Assembly: GCA_964348185.1 (NCBI GenBank)
Contig: CAYGBW010000003.1
Span: forward strand, 1 to 62,981
Origin: an uncultured Thermodesulfobacteriota bacterium
GTDB lineage: Bacteria > Desulfobacterota > BSN033 > WVXP01
Length of the DNA: 62,981 nt
Reading direction: 5' to 3'
This document shows positions 1-7,803 of this stretch, piece by piece. The position numbers and the translations under genes were made by a program. Position 1 is the first letter of the stretch. Each line of letters begins with the position of its first letter. The notes beneath the pieces are model-generated. The model made no database searches. It saw only the letters and a program-made list of their open reading frames with translations, and was not told the DNA's origin.

Positions 1-3000
1 TAAAAAAGCCGGGTAGCCACATGACTCACGTTCAGGGTCAGGCAGCCGTGTTCGTCGGCGATGCTGCCTCTTAGGACAAAGGGCTCGTTGAGGTCGATCA
101 GGTGGGCATAGCGGCGGAAGGCCTGGGGGAAGAGGTTGGTCTCGAAGATGGCGGTGGTGTCCTCAAAGGAGACAAACTCCATGAGCTCGTCGTGACAGGT
201 GATCACCGTGCGGCTCGTGATGCACCAGCCGACCATGGTGACCTCCCTTCCGATGTGCTTCTTTATGTCCTTGGCCTGGATGTAGCGAAGGCCCTTGAGT
301 TTCGGCTTGTAGAGGGTCAGGGGGTGGGTGCTGATGAGAAACCCCAGGGTCTCGGCCTCGTGGCGGAGCTGGGTGTGGTAATCATAGGCTTTCAAGGGGG
401 GCACGGGATATTCCGTGCCGTGAAAGGCAAAGAGATGGCCTGTGCCGCCCCGCTGCTGGACGACCGTGGAGTGGCTTCTCACGTGGGCAAGGAAGATCCA
501 CATGATCTGGGATCGGCTCATGGCAGGCTCAAGCGAGTCGAAGGCACCCGCCTTGATCAGGAGGGTTCCATCGGCCTCGGGAATCGGAACCCGCCGGAGC
601 AGATCCTGAAGGGACCTGAAGGGGCCTTCTCGCTCTCTCTCTTCGAGAATAGCCTCGGTGGTCTTCTTGTTGAGCCCCTTGATCTGCATGAAACCCACCC
701 GGATCGCCCTCCACCGGGGAGGATGGGACGCTCCGGTGGGGGCGCTTTGATCGCCGATCGTTGTTGCATCACCTTCCAGGGCCTCGGCCCGGTAGTGAAA
801 TTCGCTCCGGTTGACATCGGGAAGAAGGACCCGGAGCCCCATGCGCTTTGCCTCTGAAAGGTAGGCAAAGGTCGTATAAAAGCCCCCCTGGTTGCTGATG
901 ACGGCGGCCATGAATTCGGCCGGATAGTGGGCCTTTAGAAAGGCCGATTTGTAGGAAACCATGGCAAAGGAAGCCGAGTGGGGCTTGCAGAACGAATAGC
1001 CCCGGAAAGACTCGGTCATGTCCCAGATTTCGTCGAGCTTCTCCCGGGTGGCGCCCCGCTTCTGGGCCCGCTCCTCGAAGAGTTTTCGATAGGCATCGAA
1101 CTTTCCCCAGTCCCGCTTCTTGGTGAGGACCTTTCGCAGATCGTCCGCCTCCTCAGCGGTGAAGTCGGCGAGTGCCATGGCCACCCGAGACACATCCTCC
1201 TGATAAACCATGATGCCATAGGTTTCTTTCAGGAGGTCTCTGACAGCAGGGTGAAAGGGTTCGTAGGGTTTCCCATGGAGGCGTTCCACGTACTCGGTAA
1301 TGAACCGGTTGGCTGCCGGGCGGATGATGGACGAGTGGATCACGAGATGCTCGAAATCCCCCACATCGGCCTTTTTCTGAAGGTTTCTCATGGCCGGTGA
1401 CTCCACGTAGAAGACCCCCATGGTCTGGCCCGTACGCATAATCTCTTGGGCTCTCCGATCCTGGAGAGGGGAGAAACGGTGATAGGGAATCTCAATGCCA
1501 TAATTCTCTCTCACCGCCTTCAGACCATCCCGGATGACGGCAAGGGACCGATTGCCCAGGATGTCCATCTTCACGAGACCCGCCTCTTCGGCCCCGTCCT
1601 TGTCCCACTGGATCACCTGGCGGCCGTCGATGGCAATCTGCATAGGGACATAGTGGGTCACCCCCTTGGGAACAATGATCACGCCGCCGCAGTGGACCGA
1701 GAGGTGTCGGGGATAGCCGACAATGGATTGGGCCTTTTCAATGATCTTCTGCCAGTGCTCATCGATATCGATTCCCCGGAAGCGGGGGTTGTCTCTGATC
1801 CGTTCCTCGATGGTGGCGGTCGGCCCATGGAAAAAAGAATATCCGATCTTCTTGGTGATGAGTCCGATGTCCGCATCGGCAAATCCATAGACCTTGGCCA
1901 CCTCTCTCAGGGCGGCCCGGACCTGATAGGTCACGTGGGTGGCGACCATGGCGGTGCGCTCGCGGCCGTACTTCTCAAAGGTGTATTTCAGCACATCGTC
2001 CCGATCATCCCATGGGAAGTCCACATCGATATCGGGCGGGTCCTTCCGGTCTTCGTTGAGAAAACGCTCGAAAAAGAGATCGTATCGGATGGGGTCCACC
2101 TGGGTGATCCCCAGAAGATAGGCGATGAGGCTTGCCGCCGACGATCCCCGGCCACAGGTGTAGAGGTTCTGCCTGGCAACGTCCTCCATGATCAGAAAGT
2201 ACTCGGCAAATCCCTTTCGAGCAACCAGGTCGAGTTCCTTGTCGAGCCGAATTCTGATCTCAGACGTCATCTTCCCGTAGCGGCGCCGAACCCCCTCAAA
2301 ACATTTCTGCTTCAAAAGGAGAAAGAGATTTCCTTTTTCTTCCATGGCATCCCGGGAGACGATCCACGCACCCAGGTCCCAGTAGTCCTCGATCCCATCG
2401 GCAATGGCATGGGAGTTCCTCAGGGCTTCAGGGGCCCAGGCAAACTCCCTTTCCATGGTCTGGGGTGACTTGAGCCATTGATCGCTGCGGGCGTGAAGAT
2501 CCGGAGAGAGCCGGCTGAACGTACTGTTCAGACCGATCACCCGGAGCAGCCGGTGTTTGTCATATTCCGTGGAATGGACAAAGTAGACACCATTGGTCAC
2601 CACAGGGGGAATCCCGAGTTCCCGGGCAGCCCGGTATCGATCGATCGAACCGGGCCGCAACTCAAAGAAAAGGGTCTCCTCCCGGGGAAGTCCCGAAAGA
2701 AGCCTCAGATCCGGGGAAATGACAAAGAGCTCACCCAGGTCCTCCCCTTTCAGGGCATCGAGAAGAGAGAAGTGTTCATCCATGTGGCGCTGGGTAATGA
2801 GGCGGCACAGCGCGCTGTACCCCTTGCGGGTTCGGGGAAGGACAACTGCCGAATCCCCTGCCTCGTCATTCAGCAGGGCCCCCACAATGAGTCGAATCCC
2901 GTACTGCTCAGCAGCCTTTCGCTGATGGATCAGGCCGTAGAGGCCATTGGTGTCGGTAATGGCCAGGGTGTCAATGCCTCGTTCCCTGGCCGCCGCAAAA

Positions 3001-3065
3001 AGCGTTTCAGGCGAGGAAGCCCCCTCGTGGAAGCTGTAGTAGGTATGGACGTGGAGATGAAGCAT
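1..3065 (-). CDS. dnaE2: Error-prone DNA polymerase III alpha subunit (DnaE2/ImuC); C-terminal end runs off the left edge
   Basis: Absent from the ORF track because it is open to the window edge. Reverse strand from ATG 3065-3063 reads MLHLHVHTYYSFHEGASSPETLFAAARERGIDTLAITDTNGLYG (PHP-domain N-terminus of Pol III alpha). The same frame is still open at positions 59-3 (..ADEHGCLTLNVSHVATRLF). The + strand ORFs 102-857, 978-1400, 1446-2468 and 2478-3155 look like antisense shadows. Lies directly downstream of imuB and lexA. Confidence 0.85.
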   Translation of the reverse strand, partial: MLHLHVHTYYSFHEGASSPETLFAAARERGIDTLAITDTNGLYGLIHQRKAAEQYGIRLIVGALLNDEAGDSAVVLPRTRKGYSALCRLITQRHMDEHFSLLDALKGEDLGELFVISPDLRLLSGLPREETLFFELRPGSIDRYRAARELGIPPVVTNGVYFVHSTEYDKHRLLRVIGLNSTFSRLSPDLHARSDQWLKSPQTMEREFAWAPEALRNSHAIADGIEDYWDLGAWIVSRDAMEEKGNLFLLLKQKCFEGVRRRYGKMTSEIRIRLDKELDLVARKGFAEYFLIMEDVARQNLYTCGRGSSAASLIAYLLGITQVDPIRYDLFFERFLNEDRKDPPDIDVDFPWDDRDDVLKYTFEKYGRERTAMVATHVTYQVRAALREVAKVYGFADADIGLITKKIGYSFFHGPTATIEERIRDNPRFRGIDIDEHWQKIIEKAQSIVGYPRHLSVHCGGVIIVPKGVTHYVPMQIAIDGRQVIQWDKDGAEEAGLVKMDILGNRSLAVIRDGLKAVRENYGIEIPYHRFSPLQDRRAQEIMRTGQTMGVFYVESPAMRNLQKKADVGDFEHLVIHSSIIRPAANRFITEYVERLHGKPYEPFHPAVRDLLKETYGIMVYQEDVSRVAMALADFTAEEADDLRKVLTKKRDWGKFDAYRKLFEERAQKRGATREKLDEIWDMTESFRGYSFCKPHSASFAMVSYKSAFLKAHYPAEFMAAVISNQGGFYTTFAYLSEAKRMGLRVLLPDVNRSEFHYRAEALEGDATTIGDQSAPTGASHPPRWRAIRVGFMQIKGLNKKTTEAILEEREREGPFRSLQDLLRRVPIPEADGTLLIKAGAFDSLEPAMSRSQIMWIFLAHVRSHSTVVQQRGGTGHLFAFHGTEYPVPPLKAYDYHTQLRHEAETLGFLISTHPLTLYKPKLKGLRYIQAKDIKKHIGREVTMVGWCITSRTVITCHDELMEFVSFEDTTAIFETNLFPQAFRRYAHLIDLNEPFVLRGSIADEHGCLTLNVSHVATRLF

Positions 3066-3090
3066 GACGTTCACCGCGCTGCGGTTCGCT

Positions 3091-3489
3091 CAGAAGTCAG
3101 AAGTCAGACGTCAGGAGGAGAATGGACTTGGAATAACCCTCGAGCAGCTTGCTGATCTCCTCCAACTTGGACATCAGTTCGCCTGAGTCCATATATCCCA
3201 AATCTTTTGCGAGGATTAAGTAATAGCGACATTCCTCCAGGGAGCCCTGGGCGATGCTCACAAAACGGTTTTTGTCAGATTTTTTAATTTTCCTGAATCC
3301 TTCAGCGATGTTAACCGGTATGGAGACAGCAGCCCCTCTCAATTGAGGCGTCAATCCATATATTTCTCTCTTTGGAAAACTCGCAGTCGACCGATAGACA
3401 GAAAGGACAAACCGATGGGCTTTCTGCCAAACGATCAGGTCTTGAAAGGTTCTTGCTGGCTCCCTTTTCATGCTGAATTCTGACTCCTG
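3091..3489. repeat. Imperfect inverted repeat (15 of 17) bracketing the four-helix-bundle gene
   Basis: 3473-3489 ctgaattctgactcctg versus the reverse complement of 3091-3107 (ctgacttctgacttctg). The arms overlap the start and stop codons and are built from 7-nt units. Confidence 0.7.
3097..3471 (-). CDS. Four-helix-bundle protein of the 23S rRNA intervening-sequence (IVS) / Avd-like family
   Basis: 124-aa ORF. FQDLIVWQKAHRFVLSVYRSTASFPKREIYGLTPQLRGAAVSIPVNIAEGFRK ... GSLEECRYYLILAKDLGY fits the conserved pattern of this family. The C-terminal LLLTSDF is encoded by heptamer repeats. Confidence 0.75.
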   Translation of the reverse strand: MKREPARTFQDLIVWQKAHRFVLSVYRSTASFPKREIYGLTPQLRGAAVSIPVNIAEGFRKIKKSDKNRFVSIAQGSLEECRYYLILAKDLGYMDSGELMSKLEEISKLLEGYSKSILLLTSDF

Positions 3490-3497
3490 TCTCCTGC

Positions 3498-4649
3498 TTA
3501 TGAGACTTCTGCCCCGTAGACCACGCTCTTAAAGGAGAATCTCTCCCGGATCCGATCAATGGCCTTGACCAGAGGAGCCCCGGGCGGGGGAATTTCAAAA
3601 AGATCCATCTGAGACTGGGCTGTGCTCCACCCGTTAAAGCAGAGGGCCATCTCCTCCACGTGGACGCGACGGGTACAGGTCTCCCGTGTTAGATCGGTGA
3701 AGATCGGAATAAATGCAAAGGGCGCATAATCTGCCCGGATGAGGGGGATCGATTTTCTGCTCCGCCTTCTGTCCACATAGGTTATGGAAAGCTCCGCCCT
3801 CCTGGCAAAGTAGTCGAGCTCCCGGAGTTTTGCCAGGAGTCGGTCAGCGGTTTGGACTACGTGTCGGGTCAAAATGGCCAGGTCATTCGTCACATGGTTC
3901 AGTCGGATCCGTTCCTCCAGCCTTCGAGGCTGCTCCGGAAGGACCAGGGGAGAGGGATCCACCCCTCTTGCCCGGTGAAAGAGCACGTATCCGAAGTTGC
4001 CAAACACAGAGACCATTTGCTGCACGGGTATGGCTGCAACGTCCCTCACGATGCGAAGGTTCAATTCCAGGAGCTGCCGTGTCATCTCCCCGGCAAACCC
4101 TGTCAGGACCTGAACGCTCAAGGGTTCGAGAAAGAGCCTTTCCGAGCCCTCCAGAACCTCGAATACCGGCTCTGATTGCGCGACCATATCGGCCACACGG
4201 CTGACGAGCTTGCTGCTGCCGATTCCAGATCGTGCTGGAATCCTGAGTTTTTGCCGAATCTCCCGGCAGAGACGAAAGGCCATGTCGAGGCTCCGACCCA
4301 TCAGCCTTCCCATGCCGCTGATGTCGAGATAGGCATGGCCATGACGATGGGGCTCAATGAGGGGGGAGAAGCCCCGGCATTCCCGCAGCATCGCTTGATA
4401 GGCCCCTTGGTATAGGGGCCCATTGTAGGGAAGAACGACCAGACCTGGACACCGTCTCACGGCCCGCGCAACGGCCAGGGATGGGAAGACGCTTTCACTG
4501 CTAGCCTCATGGGAAGATACGACAACCCGCCCATCACCCGAAAGGGAGGTAACCACAGCCACAGGGCGGTTTTGGAGGGAAGGGTTTGCCACTCGTTCGA
4601 CTGCCACTGGAAACTCAGGCACCGAAATATGAAGGAGACGACGGCTCAT
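3498..4649 (-). CDS. imuB: ImuB-like catalytically inactive Y-family DNA polymerase
   Basis: 383-aa ORF with Y-family motif order (LLHISVPEFPVAVERV ; HGHAYLDISG). The catalytic Asp/Asp and Asp-Glu positions are S/P and G-H. A QMDLF clamp-like motif lies near the C-terminus. Located between lexA and dnaE2. Confidence 0.8.
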   Translation of the reverse strand: MSRRLLHISVPEFPVAVERVANPSLQNRPVAVVTSLSGDGRVVVSSHEASSESVFPSLAVARAVRRCPGLVVLPYNGPLYQGAYQAMLRECRGFSPLIEPHRHGHAYLDISGMGRLMGRSLDMAFRLCREIRQKLRIPARSGIGSSKLVSRVADMVAQSEPVFEVLEGSERLFLEPLSVQVLTGFAGEMTRQLLELNLRIVRDVAAIPVQQMVSVFGNFGYVLFHRARGVDPSPLVLPEQPRRLEERIRLNHVTNDLAILTRHVVQTADRLLAKLRELDYFARRAELSITYVDRRRSRKSIPLIRADYAPFAFIPIFTDLTRETCTRRVHVEEMALCFNGWSTAQSQMDLFEIPPPGAPLVKAIDRIRERFSFKSVVYGAEVS

Positions 4650-4684
4650 GGCCTCTTACCCGCACCTTTCCGTTGCGTGAAGAC

Positions 4685-4953
4685 GCTCGAATTGTTCAAA
4701 ACGTTCAAATCGTTCGAACCGATAATGTTCAATTCGTTCAAGACATTCAAAACGTCCAAGGCGTTCTACATGTTCGATCTAAACAAAAAACCAGATTGTT
4801 ATTTAGAGCCATAGGATCTTCCAGAAAATGACATTAATTCAAACGGTCAAACGAATCGAGCGTAGGCGAAGCCGATTGAACAAGTATAGCGATCGAACGC
4901 TTTGAACGATTCATCGTGATCGAACGCGCGTAGCGGTCGAACATTTTAAACGA
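4685..4953. repeat. Two opposed arrays of 9-bp units (GTTCRANNC and its complement) forming an imperfect palindrome of about 270 bp
   Basis: Left array 4685-4780: gttcaaaac gttcaaatc gttcgaacc (gataat) gttcaattc gttcaagac attcaaaac gtccaaggc gttctacat gttcgatct. Right array 4846-4953 carries complementary units: gatcgaacg ctttgaacg attcatcgt gatcgaacg cgcgtagcg gtcgaacat. Confidence 0.75.
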
Positions 4954-4961
4954 CGCTATGA

Positions 4962-5585
4962 TCACTCGTACTTCCTGAGAAGGCCAACCACGATTCCCTG
5001 AATGGCGATCCGGGTCTCGTTACAAACGATCTCCTGATAGGCCGGATTTGTCGGGCTCAGTGTGACCGTACCATCCCCATTTCGGCGAAACCGTTTAACC
5101 GTGGCCTCGTGTTTATCGATCAGGGCTACGACCGTCTGCCCATTTTCGGCATCGTCGCTTCGACGAACAATGATCACATCGCCATCGCAGATCCCGTCCC
5201 CAATCATGGAGTCCCCCTTTACCCGGAGCGCAAAATTCTCTCCCCGGCCCAGGATTTCCTCTGGAACCTTGACTGTCTCATAATCGAGGATCGCTTCGAT
5301 GGGCTCTCCCGCTGCCACCCGACCGGCCAAGCGGAGTTCCACCGTGCCTCCAGGTTCCAGGGGAAAAGGATATGCGAGGCGAAGGGAGCGTTTCTGGTTC
5401 CATTCCTTATTGAGAATGCCTTTTCTGCAGAGGGCCTTGATGTGGCTCTGTACCGTCCCCAGGGATGAGAGCCCCAGGTGTTCTGCAATGCTCCACTGCG
5501 TGGGTGCGCGCCCATGGAGGTTTGAATATTCCTGAATGAATTGCACAAGGGCTCTCTGTTTTGGGGTGAGGTAAGGGATCTTCAT
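4962..5585 (-). CDS. lexA: LexA repressor (SOS regulator, S24 autopeptidase)
   Basis: The ORF track gives 271 aa from 5777, but the LexA-like sequence begins at M65 (ATG 5585-5583): MKIPYLTPKQRALVQFIQEY. It has a winged-helix N-domain, an Ala-Gly cleavage site in RVAAGEP, the GDSM serine motif and the VKRF lysine motif. Confidence 0.9.
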   Translation of the reverse strand: MKIPYLTPKQRALVQFIQEYSNLHGRAPTQWSIAEHLGLSSLGTVQSHIKALCRKGILNKEWNQKRSLRLAYPFPLEPGGTVELRLAGRVAAGEPIEAILDYETVKVPEEILGRGENFALRVKGDSMIGDGICDGDVIIVRRSDDAENGQTVVALIDKHEATVKRFRRNGDGTVTLSPTNPAYQEIVCNETRIAIQGIVVGLLRKYE

Positions 5586-5621
5586 ACTTACGATTATATA
5601 CGTAAGTTTATCGTATGTCAA
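5586..5621 (-). promoter_or_regulatory. Consensus sigma70-type promoter of lexA with a palindromic candidate SOS operator
   Basis: Reverse strand reads TTGACA (5621-5616), 17 nt, TATAAT (5598-5593), 7 nt, ATG (5585). The inverted repeat ACTTACG (5586-5592) / CGTAAGT (5601-5607) spans the -10 hexamer. Confidence 0.7.
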
Positions 5622-6414
5622 GACCCTTTTTTTAAACCACCGAGGCACAGAGAAGGTTACGAGTCTATGGAGATCTTCGCGCCCAGGTTGGCGGATCGGC
5701 CCTGTGGGCCTTAAGTTTGGAGGCAAAAGGCTCCTCGCCTCAGACCTCGAGCGCAGCCGCAGCGGAGCCCTCCTCAAACCTCAGCCCGCGCAGCGAGGCG
5801 TCTCTCTTACCTTGATCCTATTCAGGTTATCGCTCCGAGTTCCTAGATTGCATCGGTTCTTGACAGTCAGTTTCTTTGATGTTAGTGACTTTCCTGGCAA
5901 TCTTACAAGTGCACAGAAAGGGTCGTCAAAAAGCCCCTTGGGGGAGAGTCAAATGGGTATGGAACCGCGGGAAAGGGAATCCCACGCCTCAAAAACCTCA
6001 TGGGACAACGGGCTGAACGGCATGACGTTCCTTACTTGGTGGATGTCGTCAGCTGCCTTCCCTTCTTGGACTGTCGCCAAAGGACATCAACGCAGATGTC
6101 ATCCTGTGGAGCACGGATAAGCTGGGACGGGCCTCCGCAGCGGCCTGATCATCGGGAAAGAAGAGGTTATGGTTCCCCTTCGAAAAGGCCTAGGGTTAGG
6201 AGGGCAGAGGGGGTGAGGTTTCCTCGTCAGGTGCACGCTTTCTTCCGTGCGAGGACGGGAACTCACCTGCACGCATAGATTCTCCGGTCTTCCATTCTCC
6301 ATTTAGCCTGGAGTGGCTCTGAGCGATCAGAAAGCTTGACGTGCCAGGACTATGGGATTTATAAAGGAGGAAGTCACGTCTTGTCGCCTCTTACGAAAGG
6401 CATGAAGAGATGAA

Positions 6415-7791
6415 ATGATAAGCCGTCGATTCAGGCGTCTCGCAAACCGCTTCCTGACCCCTGAGAGAACCCTCATCCTCAGCTTTCTCGCTATCATCAT
6501 GGCGGGGACAGGGATGCTCTATCTCCCCCATTCCGCGAAGGCAACGCCAGCGACCTTCATCGATGCGCTCTTCACAGCCACTTCGGCTGTGTGCGTGACA
6601 GGGCTGATCGTCGTCGATACGCAAAGCTTCTATTCTCACTTCGGGCAAGTCGTGATTTTGATGCTGATCCAGGTGGGGGGATTGGGGATCATGACCTTCT
6701 CCGTCTTCTTCTACCTGCTGCTGGGGCGGTCCGTAGGGTTTCGGGATAGAAGGATCATCCAGGATACCTTCTCCCAATCCCCGATCAGAAACCTATACGT
6801 GCTCTTGAGATCTGTTTTTCTCTACACCATCGTAATTGAACTCATCGGAGTTCTTCTCCTCTTTGTGGGATGGAGAAACGACCTTCCCGTGTTGACTGCC
6901 TTGTACTATTCTGCCTTCCATTCCATATCGGCCTTTTGTAACGCGGGTTTCTCTCTTTTTCCCGACAGCTTCATGGGTTTTCAAAACCATGTCCTACTCA
7001 ATCTGGTCATCACCGCTTTAATCATCTTGGGCGGGATCGGTTTTGTTGTTTTGAAGGAGATGTTGGAAGTCCGGCCAGGAAAGAACGTTGCCTCTCGAAT
7101 CTCTCTTCATTCAAAGGTGGTGCTCATAACATCGATAACCCTCATCATCCTGGGCACCCTATTCATATGTTTCATCGAGCGGGATAATAGCCTTTCAGGG
7201 TTCTCGCTGGGTGATCAGATCCTCATTTCGTATTTTCAATCGGTTACCAGTCGAACCGCAGGGTTCAACACCGTGCCCATGAATAACCTGACCAACGCCA
7301 CTTGTTTCATTCTCATCCTCCTCATGTTTGTCGGAGCCTCTCCTGGCTCATGCGGGGGAGGCATCAAGACGACCAATCTAGCCACACTGGTGTCCATGGG
7401 CTGGAATCGATATCGGGGGAGGGATCGGACAAACCTCTTCAGACGTACCATCCCCCACGAAACGGTCGCCCGGTCCATTTCCATTATCTTGGCTTCTGCT
7501 TCAGCCGTAACAATGGTTACGATTGTCCTCCTCATTACCCAGCTCGGTGACGTCACCCATGCGGAAAGCCGGGGCTTGTTTCTCGAGTATCTCTTTGAGA
7601 CTGTGTCAGCCTTCGGGACAGTTGGGCTCTCAATGGGCGTGACGAGCAACCTCAATTCGTTGGGTAAGCTGACCATTATCGCCATGATGCTCCTTGGCCG
7701 ATTGGGCCCTCTCACTCTAGCGTTTGCCATGGCGCAGAGGAGAAAGGCAGGAGAATTCCAATACGCCGAAGAGAACATCATCGTTGGATAG
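6415..7791 (+). CDS. ktrB: Potassium uptake membrane subunit, KtrB/TrkH family
   Basis: 458-aa polytopic membrane protein. N-terminus ..TPERTLILSFLAIIMAGTGMLYLP.. and repeated pore-loop motifs (VCVTGL, QVGGLG, RTAGFN, GASPGSCGGGIKT) are typical of TrkH/KtrB. Followed by ktrA. Confidence 0.85.
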   Translation: MISRRFRRLANRFLTPERTLILSFLAIIMAGTGMLYLPHSAKATPATFIDALFTATSAVCVTGLIVVDTQSFYSHFGQVVILMLIQVGGLGIMTFSVFFYLLLGRSVGFRDRRIIQDTFSQSPIRNLYVLLRSVFLYTIVIELIGVLLLFVGWRNDLPVLTALYYSAFHSISAFCNAGFSLFPDSFMGFQNHVLLNLVITALIILGGIGFVVLKEMLEVRPGKNVASRISLHSKVVLITSITLIILGTLFICFIERDNSLSGFSLGDQILISYFQSVTSRTAGFNTVPMNNLTNATCFILILLMFVGASPGSCGGGIKTTNLATLVSMGWNRYRGRDRTNLFRRTIPHETVARSISIILASASAVTMVTIVLLITQLGDVTHAESRGLFLEYLFETVSAFGTVGLSMGVTSNLNSLGKLTIIAMMLLGRLGPLTLAFAMAQRRKAGEFQYAEENIIVG

Positions 7792-7803
7792 AGAGGAACA
7801 AAG

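Noticed and set aside
102-3155. Four long + strand ORFs (251, 140, 340 and 225 aa)
   Set aside because: They lie antisense to the open dnaE2 frame, have low-complexity G/L/R/P-rich composition and no recognisable motifs. The reverse frame gives a clean Pol III alpha PHP N-terminus.
3097-3471. Avd-like four-helix-bundle gene as part of a diversity-generating retroelement
   Set aside because: No reverse transcriptase, template/variable repeat pair or target gene is visible in the window. The gene looks like the free-standing IVS-type family.
4509-4831. ORFs of 101 and 81 aa with FKTFKSFEP-type peptides
   Set aside because: They are translations of the 9-bp tandem array (three codons per unit) and partly antisense to imuB. 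They are not genes.
4685-4953. CRISPR array (also considered for the heptamer arrays at 36071-36263 and 50641-50866)
   Set aside because: The units are 7-9 bp and contiguous, with no spacers, and no cas genes are present. The periodicity is far too short for CRISPR.
5586-5777. N-terminal 64-aa extension of the LexA ORF
   Set aside because: The extension is R/P-rich and runs straight through a perfect -35/-10 promoter. LexA homology begins at M65 (MKIPYLTPKQR).
6036-6240. c-di-AMP (ydaO-type) riboswitch call as an annotated feature
   Set aside because: There are only loose string similarities and the distance to ktrB is unusual. It is kept as a low-interest item to test, not as a feature.
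5704-6302. ORFs 5704-6120, 6000-6278 (+) and 6099-6302 (-)
   Set aside because: They overlap each other in an otherwise signal-free region, have no start context and biased R/P/S composition. Treated as non-coding.
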